A model generated the notes under the pieces. It saw nothing but the letters and a program-made list of their open reading frames with translations, did no database searches and was not told the origin of the DNA. DNA of 64,000 bases, from the NCBI GenBank assembly GCA_021786315.1, contig JAJYNN010000002.1, positions 31,370-95,369 on the forward strand. Direction: 5' to 3'. The first letter of the stretch is position 1, and each line of letters begins with the position of its first letter. The stretch comes from a bacterium (GTDB lineage Bacteria; Patescibacteriota; Microgenomatia; Daviesbacterales; UBA10151). Both the position numbers and the translations under genes were made by a program. Shown here one piece after another: positions 1 through 9,510 of this stretch.

Positions 1-42
1 AAGATGGCCGCCCCTACACAAGCGTCTAAGACACCTTTAGAG

Positions 43-636
43 TTAAACTACTTCGCCTTCTAAGGTAACCACCGGGCCAAAACGCCCCCCGAATTGTTCA
101 CGTTCGCGGTTAATCAGTCTTTCCAGGAGATTTTTGAGCTCAATAGGATAGTCCACATACTCCAAAATTATTTCCCCCTTATTCATCCCGGCGGTATTAA
201 TAATAATCCTGCCGTAGTGCATTAAAATTTTGTCTAAAAACCCCTGGTCAACTTCGATATGGGTAATTTTGTCGTACAAAGCAGCAGTAACCTTAACCGC
301 AAAGATCCCTTTTTTGATAATGACTCTGCGGGTTGTTAAAAGATAGCGGTTGGCATGATAAGCATGCAAAGCCTTTAAAAACCCTCCCACCATGGCCAAA
401 ATTAAACCAACCAATAGCCCGTACCCCAAATTCATCTGCAAAAAATAGGCTAACCCCAACCCTAAGGCCATGAAAATAATTCCCGGCCAGGCAATCCCTG
501 TCACAAACCTCCCCCGGATATAGGCTTTCCCTAAACCGGTCGCCAAAATCAGCTCCTCATCTTCGGCTAAATACTTGGCAAAGGCTTGTCTTTCTTTTTC
601 TGAAGGTGATTCCTTGTAATGTAGCTTAGCCATCAC
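43..636 (-). CDS. Membrane protein with bacterial PH (bPH_2-like) domain
   Basis: Two TM segments, then the YLLTTRRVIIKKG...IEVDQG...YGRIIINTAG pattern typical of bPH domains. Confidence 0.7.
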   Translation of the reverse strand: MMAKLHYKESPSEKERQAFAKYLAEDEELILATGLGKAYIRGRFVTGIAWPGIIFMALGLGLAYFLQMNLGYGLLVGLILAMVGGFLKALHAYHANRYLLTTRRVIIKKGIFAVKVTAALYDKITHIEVDQGFLDKILMHYGRIIINTAGMNKGEIILEYVDYPIELKNLLERLINREREQFGGRFGPVVTLEGEVV

Positions 637-654
637 TGACTATAATATCACAGA

Positions 655-2274
655 TTAATATTCAGGCATGCCATGGGGCATCGGAGGAGTTGGAGGTGTA
701 GATTCCGGTTTATCGGTTATTAAAACCTGGGTAGTCATGACCATGACTGCCACCGAGATAGCGTTTTGTAAAGCCGAACGGGTTACTTTAACCGGATCGA
801 TAATTCCGGCTTTCACTAAATCAGCCAACTCGCCTGTGGCCACATTAATTCCTTCATCACCTTTGGCCTCCAAAACTTTAGCCAAAGCTACCCCGTCATC
901 CATCCCAGCATTTTGCACCAGCCTTCGGAAGGGTTTATCCAGTGATTGTTTAACAATATTTACCCCCAATAGAACTTCCTGATTGTCAGAAACAATCTTA
1001 TCCAAAACTTTGGCAGCGCGGATCAAAGCTATTTCCCCACCAGGAACAATTCCCTCTTCAATTGCCGCTTTAGTCGCTGCCACCGCATCAATCACCCGTT
1101 CCTTTTTCTCCTTCATCTCCACCTCAGTCGCCGCCCCGACATTAATCACCGCTACCCCACCGGTTAATTTGGCCAGTCTCTCCTGAAATTTTTCTTTATC
1201 GAATTCTGAATCGGATTTGGCAAGCTCAGAGCGGATATGGGCGATCCGAGCTTGGATTTGGGATTTTGCCCCCTTACCATCCACAATGACTGTTGAATCT
1301 TTGGTTGAGGTAACCCGGCCAGCCCTCCCTAAATCAGAAATCTCTACAGCGTCTAATTTTTTACCGGTCTCTTCCGAGACTACAGTTCCGCCAGTCAAAA
1401 CCGCAATGTCTTCCAACATAGCTTTGCGCCTATCACCAAAACCAGGCGCCTGAACTGCCAGGACATTAATTACCCCTTTAAGCTTATTAACAATCAATAA
1501 AGCCAAGGCTTCACCCTCAATATCATCGGCAATAATCACCAGGTTCCGGGAAACGGAAACAAATTTGTTTAGAAATTCCACTAAATCAGAAGCCTGGGAA
1601 ATCTTTTTGTCGGTAATTAAAATATGGGCATCTTCAATTGAAGACTCCATTCTTTCGGTATCGGTAACAAAGTACGGGGAAGCATAACCTTTATCAAACT
1701 CCATACCTTCCTTGTAATCCACCGACATCTCAGTGGTTTTACCTTCCTCAACAGTGATCACTCCATCCTTGCCTACTTTGGCAATAGCCTCAGAAATAGT
1801 CTGGCCAATCTCCTCGTTTTGGGCGGAAATGGTTGCCACCTGGGTAATCTCCTCGTTGGTGGTCAGTTTTTTGCTCATTTTTTTCAGCTCTTCCACTAAA
1901 GCATCTGTCGCTTTTTCCATCCCCTGACGGAGGATCATCGGATTGGAACCGGCCTGGATATTTTTTAAACCCTCAGAAACAATGGCCCGGGTCAAAATTG
2001 TGGAGGTAGTTGTTCCGTCACCGGCCACGTCGTTGGTTTTGGAAGCCGCTTCTTTAATTAATTGTGCCCCCATATTTTCAAAAGGATCTTCCAACTCAAT
2101 TTCTTTGGCTACAGTTACACCATCGTGCACTACGTTCGGAGCTCCCCATTTTTTATCAATGGCCACATTTCTTCCTTTGGGACCCAAAGTGGAAGCCACA
2201 GCCTCGGTTAAGGTATCAATACCCTTTAATAATTTTTCCCTTGCTTCTGCATCAAATTTCAATATTTTTGCCAT
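655..2274 (-). CDS. groL: Chaperonin GroEL
   Basis: TLGPKGRNV, AGDGTTT and GIIDPVKVTRSALQNA motifs; downstream of groES. Confidence 0.99.
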   Translation of the reverse strand: MAKILKFDAEAREKLLKGIDTLTEAVASTLGPKGRNVAIDKKWGAPNVVHDGVTVAKEIELEDPFENMGAQLIKEAASKTNDVAGDGTTTSTILTRAIVSEGLKNIQAGSNPMILRQGMEKATDALVEELKKMSKKLTTNEEITQVATISAQNEEIGQTISEAIAKVGKDGVITVEEGKTTEMSVDYKEGMEFDKGYASPYFVTDTERMESSIEDAHILITDKKISQASDLVEFLNKFVSVSRNLVIIADDIEGEALALLIVNKLKGVINVLAVQAPGFGDRRKAMLEDIAVLTGGTVVSEETGKKLDAVEISDLGRAGRVTSTKDSTVIVDGKGAKSQIQARIAHIRSELAKSDSEFDKEKFQERLAKLTGGVAVINVGAATEVEMKEKKERVIDAVAATKAAIEEGIVPGGEIALIRAAKVLDKIVSDNQEVLLGVNIVKQSLDKPFRRLVQNAGMDDGVALAKVLEAKGDEGINVATGELADLVKAGIIDPVKVTRSALQNAISVAVMVMTTQVLITDKPESTPPTPPMPHGMPEY

Positions 2275-2276
2275 AA

Positions 2277-2609
2277 TTACTCCACAATTGCAATTAAATC
2301 GTCAAACTTTACCAATTTTAACTCTTTGCCGTCAATTTTAATTTCGTTTTCACCCCATTTTTTATAGAACACTTTATCGCCAGCCTTCACCGGAGTTTTG
2401 ATAGTTTTACCATTATCTAAAACCAACTCATCACCAGCTGATAAAACTATACCCATTGCTGGTTTTTCCTGAGCCGATTCCGGAAGGATAATTCCGGCGG
2501 AAGTAGTAGCCTGGGCCTCAGTTGGTTCAATTAAGACATAACCCGAAAGGGGCTTGATACTAGTTTTGGCAGATGTTTTTACATCAAAATCTTTAGCTTT
2601 TCTACCCAT
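2277..2609 (-). CDS. groS: Co-chaperonin GroES
   Basis: IKPL..YVLIEP, TSAGIILPESAQEKP, VKAGDKV; adjacent to groEL. Confidence 0.97.
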   Translation of the reverse strand: MGRKAKDFDVKTSAKTSIKPLSGYVLIEPTEAQATTSAGIILPESAQEKPAMGIVLSAGDELVLDNGKTIKTPVKAGDKVFYKKWGENEIKIDGKELKLVKFDDLIAIVE

Positions 2610-2672
2610 AATCTTTAACAGATGCTTAACTAGGCAGAAATTATATGAGTTATCTAAAATTTTTGCAAGATT

Positions 2673-3317
2673 TTAAATATCTAGAATTTGGTTTTCCCTA
2701 AGGAAGTCTCTGACAGTATCAAAAATAAATTTATGCCCTTTTGCATTTCCGTGTACTCCGTCAAACAACAGTTTTTGATAATCCATATTGATCAACTCAT
2801 TAAAGATTTCCACAAAATGAGCCCCCATCACCCTCGCAGTCGATTTTGCAACTTCGTTATATTCCCTGAGAAATTCATTCTTATAAGAATGGGTTGGCAA
2901 CCAGGGAAGAGGGTCAACTTTTACTTCATCCACCGGTTGGGTTCCAACAATAATCACTTTATCTGAATACTCTTGAGACATCTCGATCAATCTCTCTAAA
3001 TTTTTCTGGAACTCATCCAAGGGAACTCGCAGATGTTTTGTTTTATTTTCAAATAAAGAATCATTAATCGCTGCAGAAATAATAATTATAGTTTCTTCAC
3101 CCTCCCATAACCTTCTTCCAACCTCATCCTCAAATCTTTCTAAAATCCCTTTCGTATCATCCCCGTCAATGGCTAAGTTGTAGACCAACCATTCAAAGTC
3201 AGCTTTAGTTGCCACAACTTTCTCATCAATAACCTTTCTCAATCTTTGCACCCAACCGCCTTCCGGATCCCAGCAACCATAAGTTGTACTCGCCCCAAAA
3301 ACCAGGATATTAGCCAT
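2673..3317 (-). CDS. SGNH/GDSL-family hydrolase
   Basis: VFGASTTYG block I, N-containing block III (AINDS), DGVH catalytic block; start placed at the ATG of MANILVFG. Confidence 0.85.
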   Translation of the reverse strand: MANILVFGASTTYGCWDPEGGWVQRLRKVIDEKVVATKADFEWLVYNLAIDGDDTKGILERFEDEVGRRLWEGEETIIIISAAINDSLFENKTKHLRVPLDEFQKNLERLIEMSQEYSDKVIIVGTQPVDEVKVDPLPWLPTHSYKNEFLREYNEVAKSTARVMGAHFVEIFNELINMDYQKLLFDGVHGNAKGHKFIFDTVRDFLRENQILDI

Positions 3318-3355
3318 TTGGGATAATTCTACCACCTTACCTTAATCTAATACAT

Positions 3356-4144
3356 TTGCTTTCAATCCTGCAGAAAAATATAATTGAGGCCATGAAAATT
3401 GAATCTAATAATATGGGGGAGCCAGCCACACCGAAAGAGCTGGAGCAATTATTCCAAAGAATTCAACAATATTTGCAAAATCCTCAGGAAAAACAACCTA
3501 AAGAAAATACCACTCCTCAAAAGATAACCAGAGAAATATTCCACGCACCTATTTTAGAAAAAGTTCAAGAGGGACTATGTAAACTTCCCTTACTAGGACA
3601 TCTTTTTTATGGGTGGAAGGCTACAAGCAGAAATGCTGACCTGTTTTTAAGAAGATTGCAAAAAGGCGGTTTAGTTTACGAACAGCTTAAACCGTTTGAT
3701 TACGAAGGGGAAATTGACGGCTTTTACAACCGAGTTACGGAGCAACTCCGTCGAGTCGGCAAACCAATTAATAAAGGAAATTCTAATCTCCTCTACAAAT
3801 GGAAATATCAATATATTGGCGAAAAAGAACTCACCCTCGAACTGCACGAAGGAGGGTTCTTTGATAAGGCCTTGAGAATTGATTACCGCCACTATCCCCA
3901 TTTTTGGGGAATCAGGGATAGGTTAACCTACAAAGCGCATATTGTAAGCGGTAGGAATTTTACTCTTACAAGAAATAAAGAAAGAAGCCAAAAAAGAACC
4001 AAGGAAGGGAATGAAAAAGAGCCTCCATTTATCTGGGAACATCAAGTATCGCCGGGACATTGGTCGGTAGGAGAAACAATCCAGGCGGATATTGCCGAAC
4101 TTACGGAAGCCATTGACAGGCTTTTCTTAAACCCTCAGGATTAA
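3356..4144 (+). CDS. Hypothetical protein (start uncertain, may be the ATG at 3392)
   Basis: 262-codon ORF filling the gap between neighbours; no recognised motif. Confidence 0.6.
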   Translation: MLSILQKNIIEAMKIESNNMGEPATPKELEQLFQRIQQYLQNPQEKQPKENTTPQKITREIFHAPILEKVQEGLCKLPLLGHLFYGWKATSRNADLFLRRLQKGGLVYEQLKPFDYEGEIDGFYNRVTEQLRRVGKPINKGNSNLLYKWKYQYIGEKELTLELHEGGFFDKALRIDYRHYPHFWGIRDRLTYKAHIVSGRNFTLTRNKERSQKRTKEGNEKEPPFIWEHQVSPGHWSVGETIQADIAELTEAIDRLFLNPQD

Positions 4145-5451
4145 TTCCCTCCCGGTGTTGCTGCAACACGTCGGCTGTATTTATTAAAGACATCTGTAAT
4201 ACTTGCTTGGGTGTTTTGTAGAAGCACCGACGGAAGTTGCCCGCCCATCACCCCGTCTATAGCTGTTTGGTATAGGTTAATCATCTCTTCGTTGATGCCG
4301 TGATCCCCGGTTTGGGAATTTAAATACCAGCTACGGTAAAACGGGGCCTGGGAAACAAACGGCCCCATTATCGGATCGTTAATTAAAAGGTCTGACATAT
4401 CAACCCGGGAAAAAATTCTTGCCGGAGTTTGGGCCTGAGCGTGTTGTTGGTAAATTAATTGCTGAGTTTCCGGCGAAAGCAGATAATTTAAAAATTCCCA
4501 AGCCTCTTTAGGATTCTTGGACGTACCCGAAACCCCCGCTGCCCAAAAAGAACCCCAGTCGACGTTTCTTCCGGGAAGCTGGGGAACCGGAGCAATTTTA
4601 AAATGTAAATTAGGATTGGCTTGAAAAATCTGGGCCTGACTTAAGGGCCCAAAATAAAACGCTAACTTCCCGTCGGAAAACATCTGGGTTGAAGAGGGTA
4701 AGGTCACATCCCAGGTTTTATTTTTAGGGTCAGTGATAAAACTTGTATAAAATTGCAATACCTCCCCTCCTGCCTGGTTAGCCGGTTGTGTCAGGCTACC
4801 GTCAGGTTGTTGCAAAAACAACAGCCCTAAAATTTCCGGCCAGTAATCTACATTATTAGTAGAGCCTAGCGCTGCTCCGGCAGTTTGTATCTGGCCTTGT
4901 TGGTTTTTAACCGTCACTTTTCTGGCTGAATCAATAAACTCCTGCCAAGTTTTTGGGGTTTCAAGCCCTACCCCCTTTAAAATGTCCTCATTGTAATAGA
5001 GGGCTAAGCCATCCACCTCCAGCGGCAAGGCGTAAATGTTCCCCTGCCAGGTAAGGGATTCCTTGGCCACCGGGTAAAAAGTTTTCTCAAAGTCTTTCGT
5101 AGAGATCATGGATGTGGGAAGCGGAGACAAATCCTCCCAAAACATTGGTATCCAGGAAGAATGGATTTCCACAATATCCGGACCTTCCCCAGATTCCATC
5201 TGCGTCTGAACACGGGTGCGGTAGTTTAAGATAGTTTGTTTATTATAGGTAATTTTTACCTTGGGGTGAGAAAGTTGGTATTTTTCAATCACCGCCTGCA
5301 TTACCTGTTCATCTTCCCCTAACCCCCAATAAGAAAGCTCAACAGTTTTATTGTTTGATGAGGATTTATTAGATAAAACTGCCTGATAAACCCAAAATAA
5401 TATCCCTAAAAACACTGAAGCCGCTAAAACCAAGAGGATTGTTTTCTTCAC
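4141..5451 (-). CDS. Extracellular sugar-type solute-binding protein (family 1)
   Basis: N-terminal anchor, GEGPDIV, YALPLEVDGLALYYNED, PKTWQEF, EAWEFLNYL. Confidence 0.9.
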   Translation of the reverse strand: MKKTILLVLAASVFLGILFWVYQAVLSNKSSSNNKTVELSYWGLGEDEQVMQAVIEKYQLSHPKVKITYNKQTILNYRTRVQTQMESGEGPDIVEIHSSWIPMFWEDLSPLPTSMISTKDFEKTFYPVAKESLTWQGNIYALPLEVDGLALYYNEDILKGVGLETPKTWQEFIDSARKVTVKNQQGQIQTAGAALGSTNNVDYWPEILGLLFLQQPDGSLTQPANQAGGEVLQFYTSFITDPKNKTWDVTLPSSTQMFSDGKLAFYFGPLSQAQIFQANPNLHFKIAPVPQLPGRNVDWGSFWAAGVSGTSKNPKEAWEFLNYLLSPETQQLIYQQHAQAQTPARIFSRVDMSDLLINDPIMGPFVSQAPFYRSWYLNSQTGDHGINEEMINLYQTAIDGVMGGQLPSVLLQNTQASITDVFNKYSRRVAATPGGN

Positions 5452-5474
5452 ACTTCGATTATATCAGTTTTCAG

Positions 5475-5507
5475 CTTGGTACATTCAGTTTACATGAACG
5501 TACCTTG
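5475..5507. repeat. 33-bp palindromic element, copy 1
   Basis: CTTGGTACATTCAGTTTACATGAACGTACCTTG matches the reverse complement of 13958-13990 at 31/33. Confidence 0.8.
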
Positions 5508-5531
5508 ATCAGATAGCCTAAAGCCTATACA

Positions 5532-7331
5532 ATGGCATTGTTAATGTTTCACCCTAAATTACCCCGATCCCTTTCTAAATTACTCCCGCTCATTGTTTTA
5601 GGACTGCTAACTATCGTGGCGTTTTCTTACCTTCTTTTTTTAAACTACTACCAAGGGAAAATTTTCCCGGGCATTTATATTGCTACATATAATGTAGGCA
5701 GTGAGACACCCGCGAATGTTTACCAAACCTTAAACCAAGAGTTTAACCAGCGTTCGAACAGAGAACTGAAATTTAATTATGAAGGACAAAACTTTGTCCT
5801 AAATCCTAAAAGCGCTTCCCCCAATTTAGACATTAACGCTACCGTAACGGAAGCTTACTCCAAGGGACGCGGAAGGAATTATCTGGAAAATTTCCGGACT
5901 CAACTGCAGGCTTTGATCTTTGGCTTTAAAATTGGTCCCAAGCTTACTTTTGACCGTCCTTCATCCTTAATTTATCAGGTGAGCAGCATCAACCAGGTTA
6001 TTAAAAAGGACCCCCAGGATGCTAAATTAGCGTTAGGGGAAAATATTATTATTACCCCTCAAGAGGTCGGTCAAGAGTTAGACAGCAGGTTATTACTGGA
6101 ACAGGTAGAAAATTATTTAAGCCTAAGTTCGTCTGCCCCGAAAACGCTGCCTCTAAAAACACTTATTCCAAAGTTTACTTCAGAAACTGCCCAAACTTAT
6201 GCCGAAGCCCTGGAAAACATCAAACAAAATCCCATCAAAATCCACCACGGCAAGGATAGTTTACTGGTTGACCAAGTTACACTCTTTAATCTGCTGGATA
6301 TGAGCGGTGTTGACCCTGATCAGGTTGTAGAAACAGAAAATATTAGAGGCTCACAAGTTAGAATTGACAATACAAAATTAACTCAATACCTGCAAAATAT
6401 GATTTCAGCAATTAACCAGGACGCCCGGGATGCCCGTTTTGTTTTTGACTCCAACACCAAAAGGGTCAAAGAGTTCCAGTCCGCCCAGGAAGGCAGAGAG
6501 GTAGATATTGAACGAACCGGGAACCTGTTAGCCCAGGCAGCCATGCAAGCCACCAGTTCCGATATCGACCTGCCGGTAAAAATTACTAAACCCAATGTAG
6601 CCACTGCCGACGTTAACAACTTTGGTATTAAAGATCTTTTAGGCAGAGGTTTTTCCAATTTCGCCGGTTCCATAGATAACCGCATTTATAATATCGGCCT
6701 GGCCGCCTCCCGATTAAACGGTGTTTTAATAGCACCCGGCGAAACCTTCTCATTTAATAAAACTGTTGGGGAAATCTCCGGGGCCACCGGTTATAAACCG
6801 GCTTATGTGATTAAATCCGGAAGAACGGTTTTGGATGACGGAGGAGGAGTTTGCCAGGTTTCCACCACCCTGTTCCGGGCTATCCTTAATTCTGGTTTAC
6901 CTATCACCCAACGGACTGCCCACGCTTACCGGGTCGGCTACTACGAACAGGGGTTTCCTCCGGGGCTGGACGCTACAGTCTTTGCTCCTTCTGTTGATTT
7001 TCAATTTAAAAACGATACCGGATCTTATATTCTCCTTCAGGCTTACACTTCGGGAGCAACTTTAACCATTGATGTTTACGGAGCCAGTGATGGACGGGTG
7101 GCGACAGTCTCTACCCCGGTTGTTTCCAACCAAACCCCACCCCCGCCCGACCTCCGCCAAGATGACCCCACATTACCCCGCGGCACGGTCAAACAAGTGG
7201 ACTGGTCACCCTGGGGAGCCAATGTCAGCTTCAACCGCACCGTCATCCGCAACGGCGAAACCTTAATTTCGGAAACCTGGAAGTCCAACTACCGCCCCTG
7301 GCAAGCAATTTATTTAGTTGGTACTCAGTAA
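5532..7331 (+). CDS. VanW-family protein with peptidoglycan-binding repeats
   Basis: IAPGETFSFN, GGGVCQVSTTLFRA, RTAHAYRVGYY, DATVF..DFQFKN; N-terminal TM. Confidence 0.9.
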   Translation: MALLMFHPKLPRSLSKLLPLIVLGLLTIVAFSYLLFLNYYQGKIFPGIYIATYNVGSETPANVYQTLNQEFNQRSNRELKFNYEGQNFVLNPKSASPNLDINATVTEAYSKGRGRNYLENFRTQLQALIFGFKIGPKLTFDRPSSLIYQVSSINQVIKKDPQDAKLALGENIIITPQEVGQELDSRLLLEQVENYLSLSSSAPKTLPLKTLIPKFTSETAQTYAEALENIKQNPIKIHHGKDSLLVDQVTLFNLLDMSGVDPDQVVETENIRGSQVRIDNTKLTQYLQNMISAINQDARDARFVFDSNTKRVKEFQSAQEGREVDIERTGNLLAQAAMQATSSDIDLPVKITKPNVATADVNNFGIKDLLGRGFSNFAGSIDNRIYNIGLAASRLNGVLIAPGETFSFNKTVGEISGATGYKPAYVIKSGRTVLDDGGGVCQVSTTLFRAILNSGLPITQRTAHAYRVGYYEQGFPPGLDATVFAPSVDFQFKNDTGSYILLQAYTSGATLTIDVYGASDGRVATVSTPVVSNQTPPPPDLRQDDPTLPRGTVKQVDWSPWGANVSFNRTVIRNGETLISETWKSNYRPWQAIYLVGTQ

Positions 7332-7970
7332 CTCTTTTAAGAAATCTTTAATCTCTTGCCTACGACTTTGATTTTGATCAGGTCCGCTAATTTCATCTAG
7401 GATTTCCTTTGACTTTTCAACAGACTTTCTGGCCTCCTCTATTTTTCCAGCTCTTTTTTGTACCTGAGCCAGGTCAAAATAAGCGCTCGAGAGGAAAAAC
7501 TTCTCTGGGCTTGGAGCAATCTCAACAATTCCTTTTTGTATGGTTTGCTCCGCCAGAGCCAGCTCCTCCTCATCAAGGTACACTTTCCCCAGCTTAACCC
7601 GGGTCATCCCCAAGTGTCCGGGAAATTTTTGTAAATGATCCAAGCTTTCTTGGTAATACCTTTTGGCTTGATCATAATTTTTCTGAGCTTTGGCTACCAG
7701 TCCCAAATCCCGAAGCGTTGCCCCAACAAGCATTTCATCACCCAATCTTTCCAACTCTTTTTGGGCCTTTTCCAAACTAGTTATAGCCTCCCGGTAACTT
7801 TCATCCTGATAATAGGCCACCCCGATCATATGCAGGCACTCCGCCCCCAGCCTTCGATCACCCACCCTTAAAGCCTGTTCTCTTACCTTCTGGTAATCAG
7901 CAACAGCTTGCTTAATTTGGCCGTTGTTTCTCTCAATTTGTGCCTTTTCAAACAATTCTTTTTCCGACAT
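7314..7970 (-). CDS. Tetratricopeptide-repeat protein
   Basis: Repeating helical pattern (CLHMIGVAYY, TLRDLGLV, AKRYYQESL, LGKVYL). Confidence 0.8.
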   Translation of the reverse strand: MSEKELFEKAQIERNNGQIKQAVADYQKVREQALRVGDRRLGAECLHMIGVAYYQDESYREAITSLEKAQKELERLGDEMLVGATLRDLGLVAKAQKNYDQAKRYYQESLDHLQKFPGHLGMTRVKLGKVYLDEEELALAEQTIQKGIVEIAPSPEKFFLSSAYFDLAQVQKRAGKIEEARKSVEKSKEILDEISGPDQNQSRRQEIKDFLKELLSTN

Positions 7971-8008
7971 ACTTAGTGGTATTATACCTTTAGTAAAACA
8001 AGTCTTAT

Positions 8009-8602
8009 ATGAGATATTTCATCGCCCTGGAAATTCCCGAAGAATCTAAACACGAGCTTAAAGCTGTCCAAAGAGAGATCGAGCAAATTATTCCTCAGGT
8101 AAGAATTACCAATAGCGAGAAATTACATCTGACAATTGCCTTTATCGGTGAACAACCGGAAAAATTAAAAGACCGGATTGTCCAGGTAATTGCCCAGGCT
8201 ACCTCAGAGATTCCTCCTTTTTCTATCACCCCCGCCTACATTGACGGTTTTCCTCATCTCCACACCGCCCACACCTTTTGGGTGGGAGTCAAAGGGGATA
8301 TCGATAAACTGGTCATTATTGAGGAAAGGATTAAGGATGGCTTAATCGGCTTGGGGCTTGATCCGGACGACCGCCGCTATGTTCCCCATATCGCAATTGG
8401 CAAAATTTCCGGGGACTTTCAGCTGCAGCCGGAACAGGAAGCAAAATTACAGGAAATGATGGTCAGAAATTCTTTTGAACCCATCCATATTTCCTCAATT
8501 AAACTGTTTGAATCAATTCCGGAAGAAGGTTTTCACCGTCACAACACATTAGCCGAAGTGGCGTTATCCCCCGAATCCTCCATCGGAGTCTCCAGTGCCT
8601 GA
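8009..8602 (+). CDS. thpR: RNA 2',3'-cyclic phosphodiesterase (2H phosphoesterase)
   Basis: MRYFIAL start, HLTIAFIG and PHIAIG 2H motifs (second is HxA rather than HxT). Confidence 0.88.
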   Translation: MRYFIALEIPEESKHELKAVQREIEQIIPQVRITNSEKLHLTIAFIGEQPEKLKDRIVQVIAQATSEIPPFSITPAYIDGFPHLHTAHTFWVGVKGDIDKLVIIEERIKDGLIGLGLDPDDRRYVPHIAIGKISGDFQLQPEQEAKLQEMMVRNSFEPIHISSIKLFESIPEEGFHRHNTLAEVALSPESSIGVSSA

Positions 8603-9432
8603 GGGGCTAGATAATAAACTTCCTTTTTAAAAGCATGGTCGGTAAACATAAACTCACCTTTTCCTTCAATTATCGCCTGATAATTCCGACAGTGTCGGCA
8701 AAGTGATTCTCCCTCAGGACAAACCCATTCATTCTTTTCGATTGCCTCCTGGATCTGTAATCCCTTTTCTTTTAACCAATCCAAAGTCTTTTCGGTTGGT
8801 TCCAGTATGATCTCCCGCGGGGTATCCTCCCGATCTAAATACCAATAACTCGCCTTGGTCACCGGCTTTTGGTAGTAGTTTTCCGAGAGAATGGCATAGA
8901 TATAGAGCTGGATTGGGTCTTTCTCGTCTTTAACCCCGGTTTTAAAATCAATCACAAGCAGGGTTCCGTCGGGAAGTTCACCCACAAAATCCATGTTTCC
9001 GGTCAGTATTATTTTATTAGAAAGCGGGTATTTCGGGAAGTTGGCGAAGGGAGCCATTTTCCCCAACCGGCCCGCGTTTTTGATAAAGTTGGCCACCATC
9101 GAAAGTCCCCGCTTGCCAAAAACCGCTTCCTCCTCATCCGAGGCAAATCCACCCCTTTTACCATGGAACTTCCACCACAGGCTGCGGAACTTGTCTTCGG
9201 CAGAAACTAATGAAGGTTTATCTAAATCCTCCAGGTACCATTTGGCCACATCGTGAACCACCGCCCCCAGACTAATGTTGGGTGAAGCTATCTGCAACCG
9301 GAACCCGTGTTCCGGATCGCGGTAAACATTCTTCAAATAATAGGCCCGGGGACAGTTTGTAAAATCATTTAAGGAGGTGTGGGAGAGAAAAATTGCATCT
9401 TTGATAAAGATTGAGGGCTTGTGCGGGACCAT
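8539..9432 (-). CDS. PD-(D/E)XK nuclease, RecB/AddB/Cas4-like
   Basis: LSHTSL..F..CPR, GAVVH, GNMD, VIDFKTG, QLYIYA and C-terminal C-x6-CxxC. Confidence 0.85.
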   Translation of the reverse strand: MVPHKPSIFIKDAIFLSHTSLNDFTNCPRAYYLKNVYRDPEHGFRLQIASPNISLGAVVHDVAKWYLEDLDKPSLVSAEDKFRSLWWKFHGKRGGFASDEEEAVFGKRGLSMVANFIKNAGRLGKMAPFANFPKYPLSNKIILTGNMDFVGELPDGTLLVIDFKTGVKDEKDPIQLYIYAILSENYYQKPVTKASYWYLDREDTPREIILEPTEKTLDWLKEKGLQIQEAIEKNEWVCPEGESLCRHCRNYQAIIEGKGEFMFTDHAFKKEVYYLAPQALETPMEDSGDNATSANVL

Positions 9433-9510
9433 TAATTAAAGTTACACCCAAAAAATACTCTAGGACAAGATAGACTTTCTGGAACAAACTGGGTCTGATA
9501 CAATATCGGC

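Noticed and set aside
668-2341. Several + strand ORFs opposite groEL, and similar shadow ORFs opposite dnaN, virB4, rpoD, trxB and the VirD4-like gene
   Set aside because: Antisense shadows of well-supported genes, with no motifs or start signals.
8539-9432. Possible CRISPR-Cas locus suggested by the Cas4-like nuclease
   Set aside because: No repeat-spacer array or other cas gene is visible anywhere in the window.
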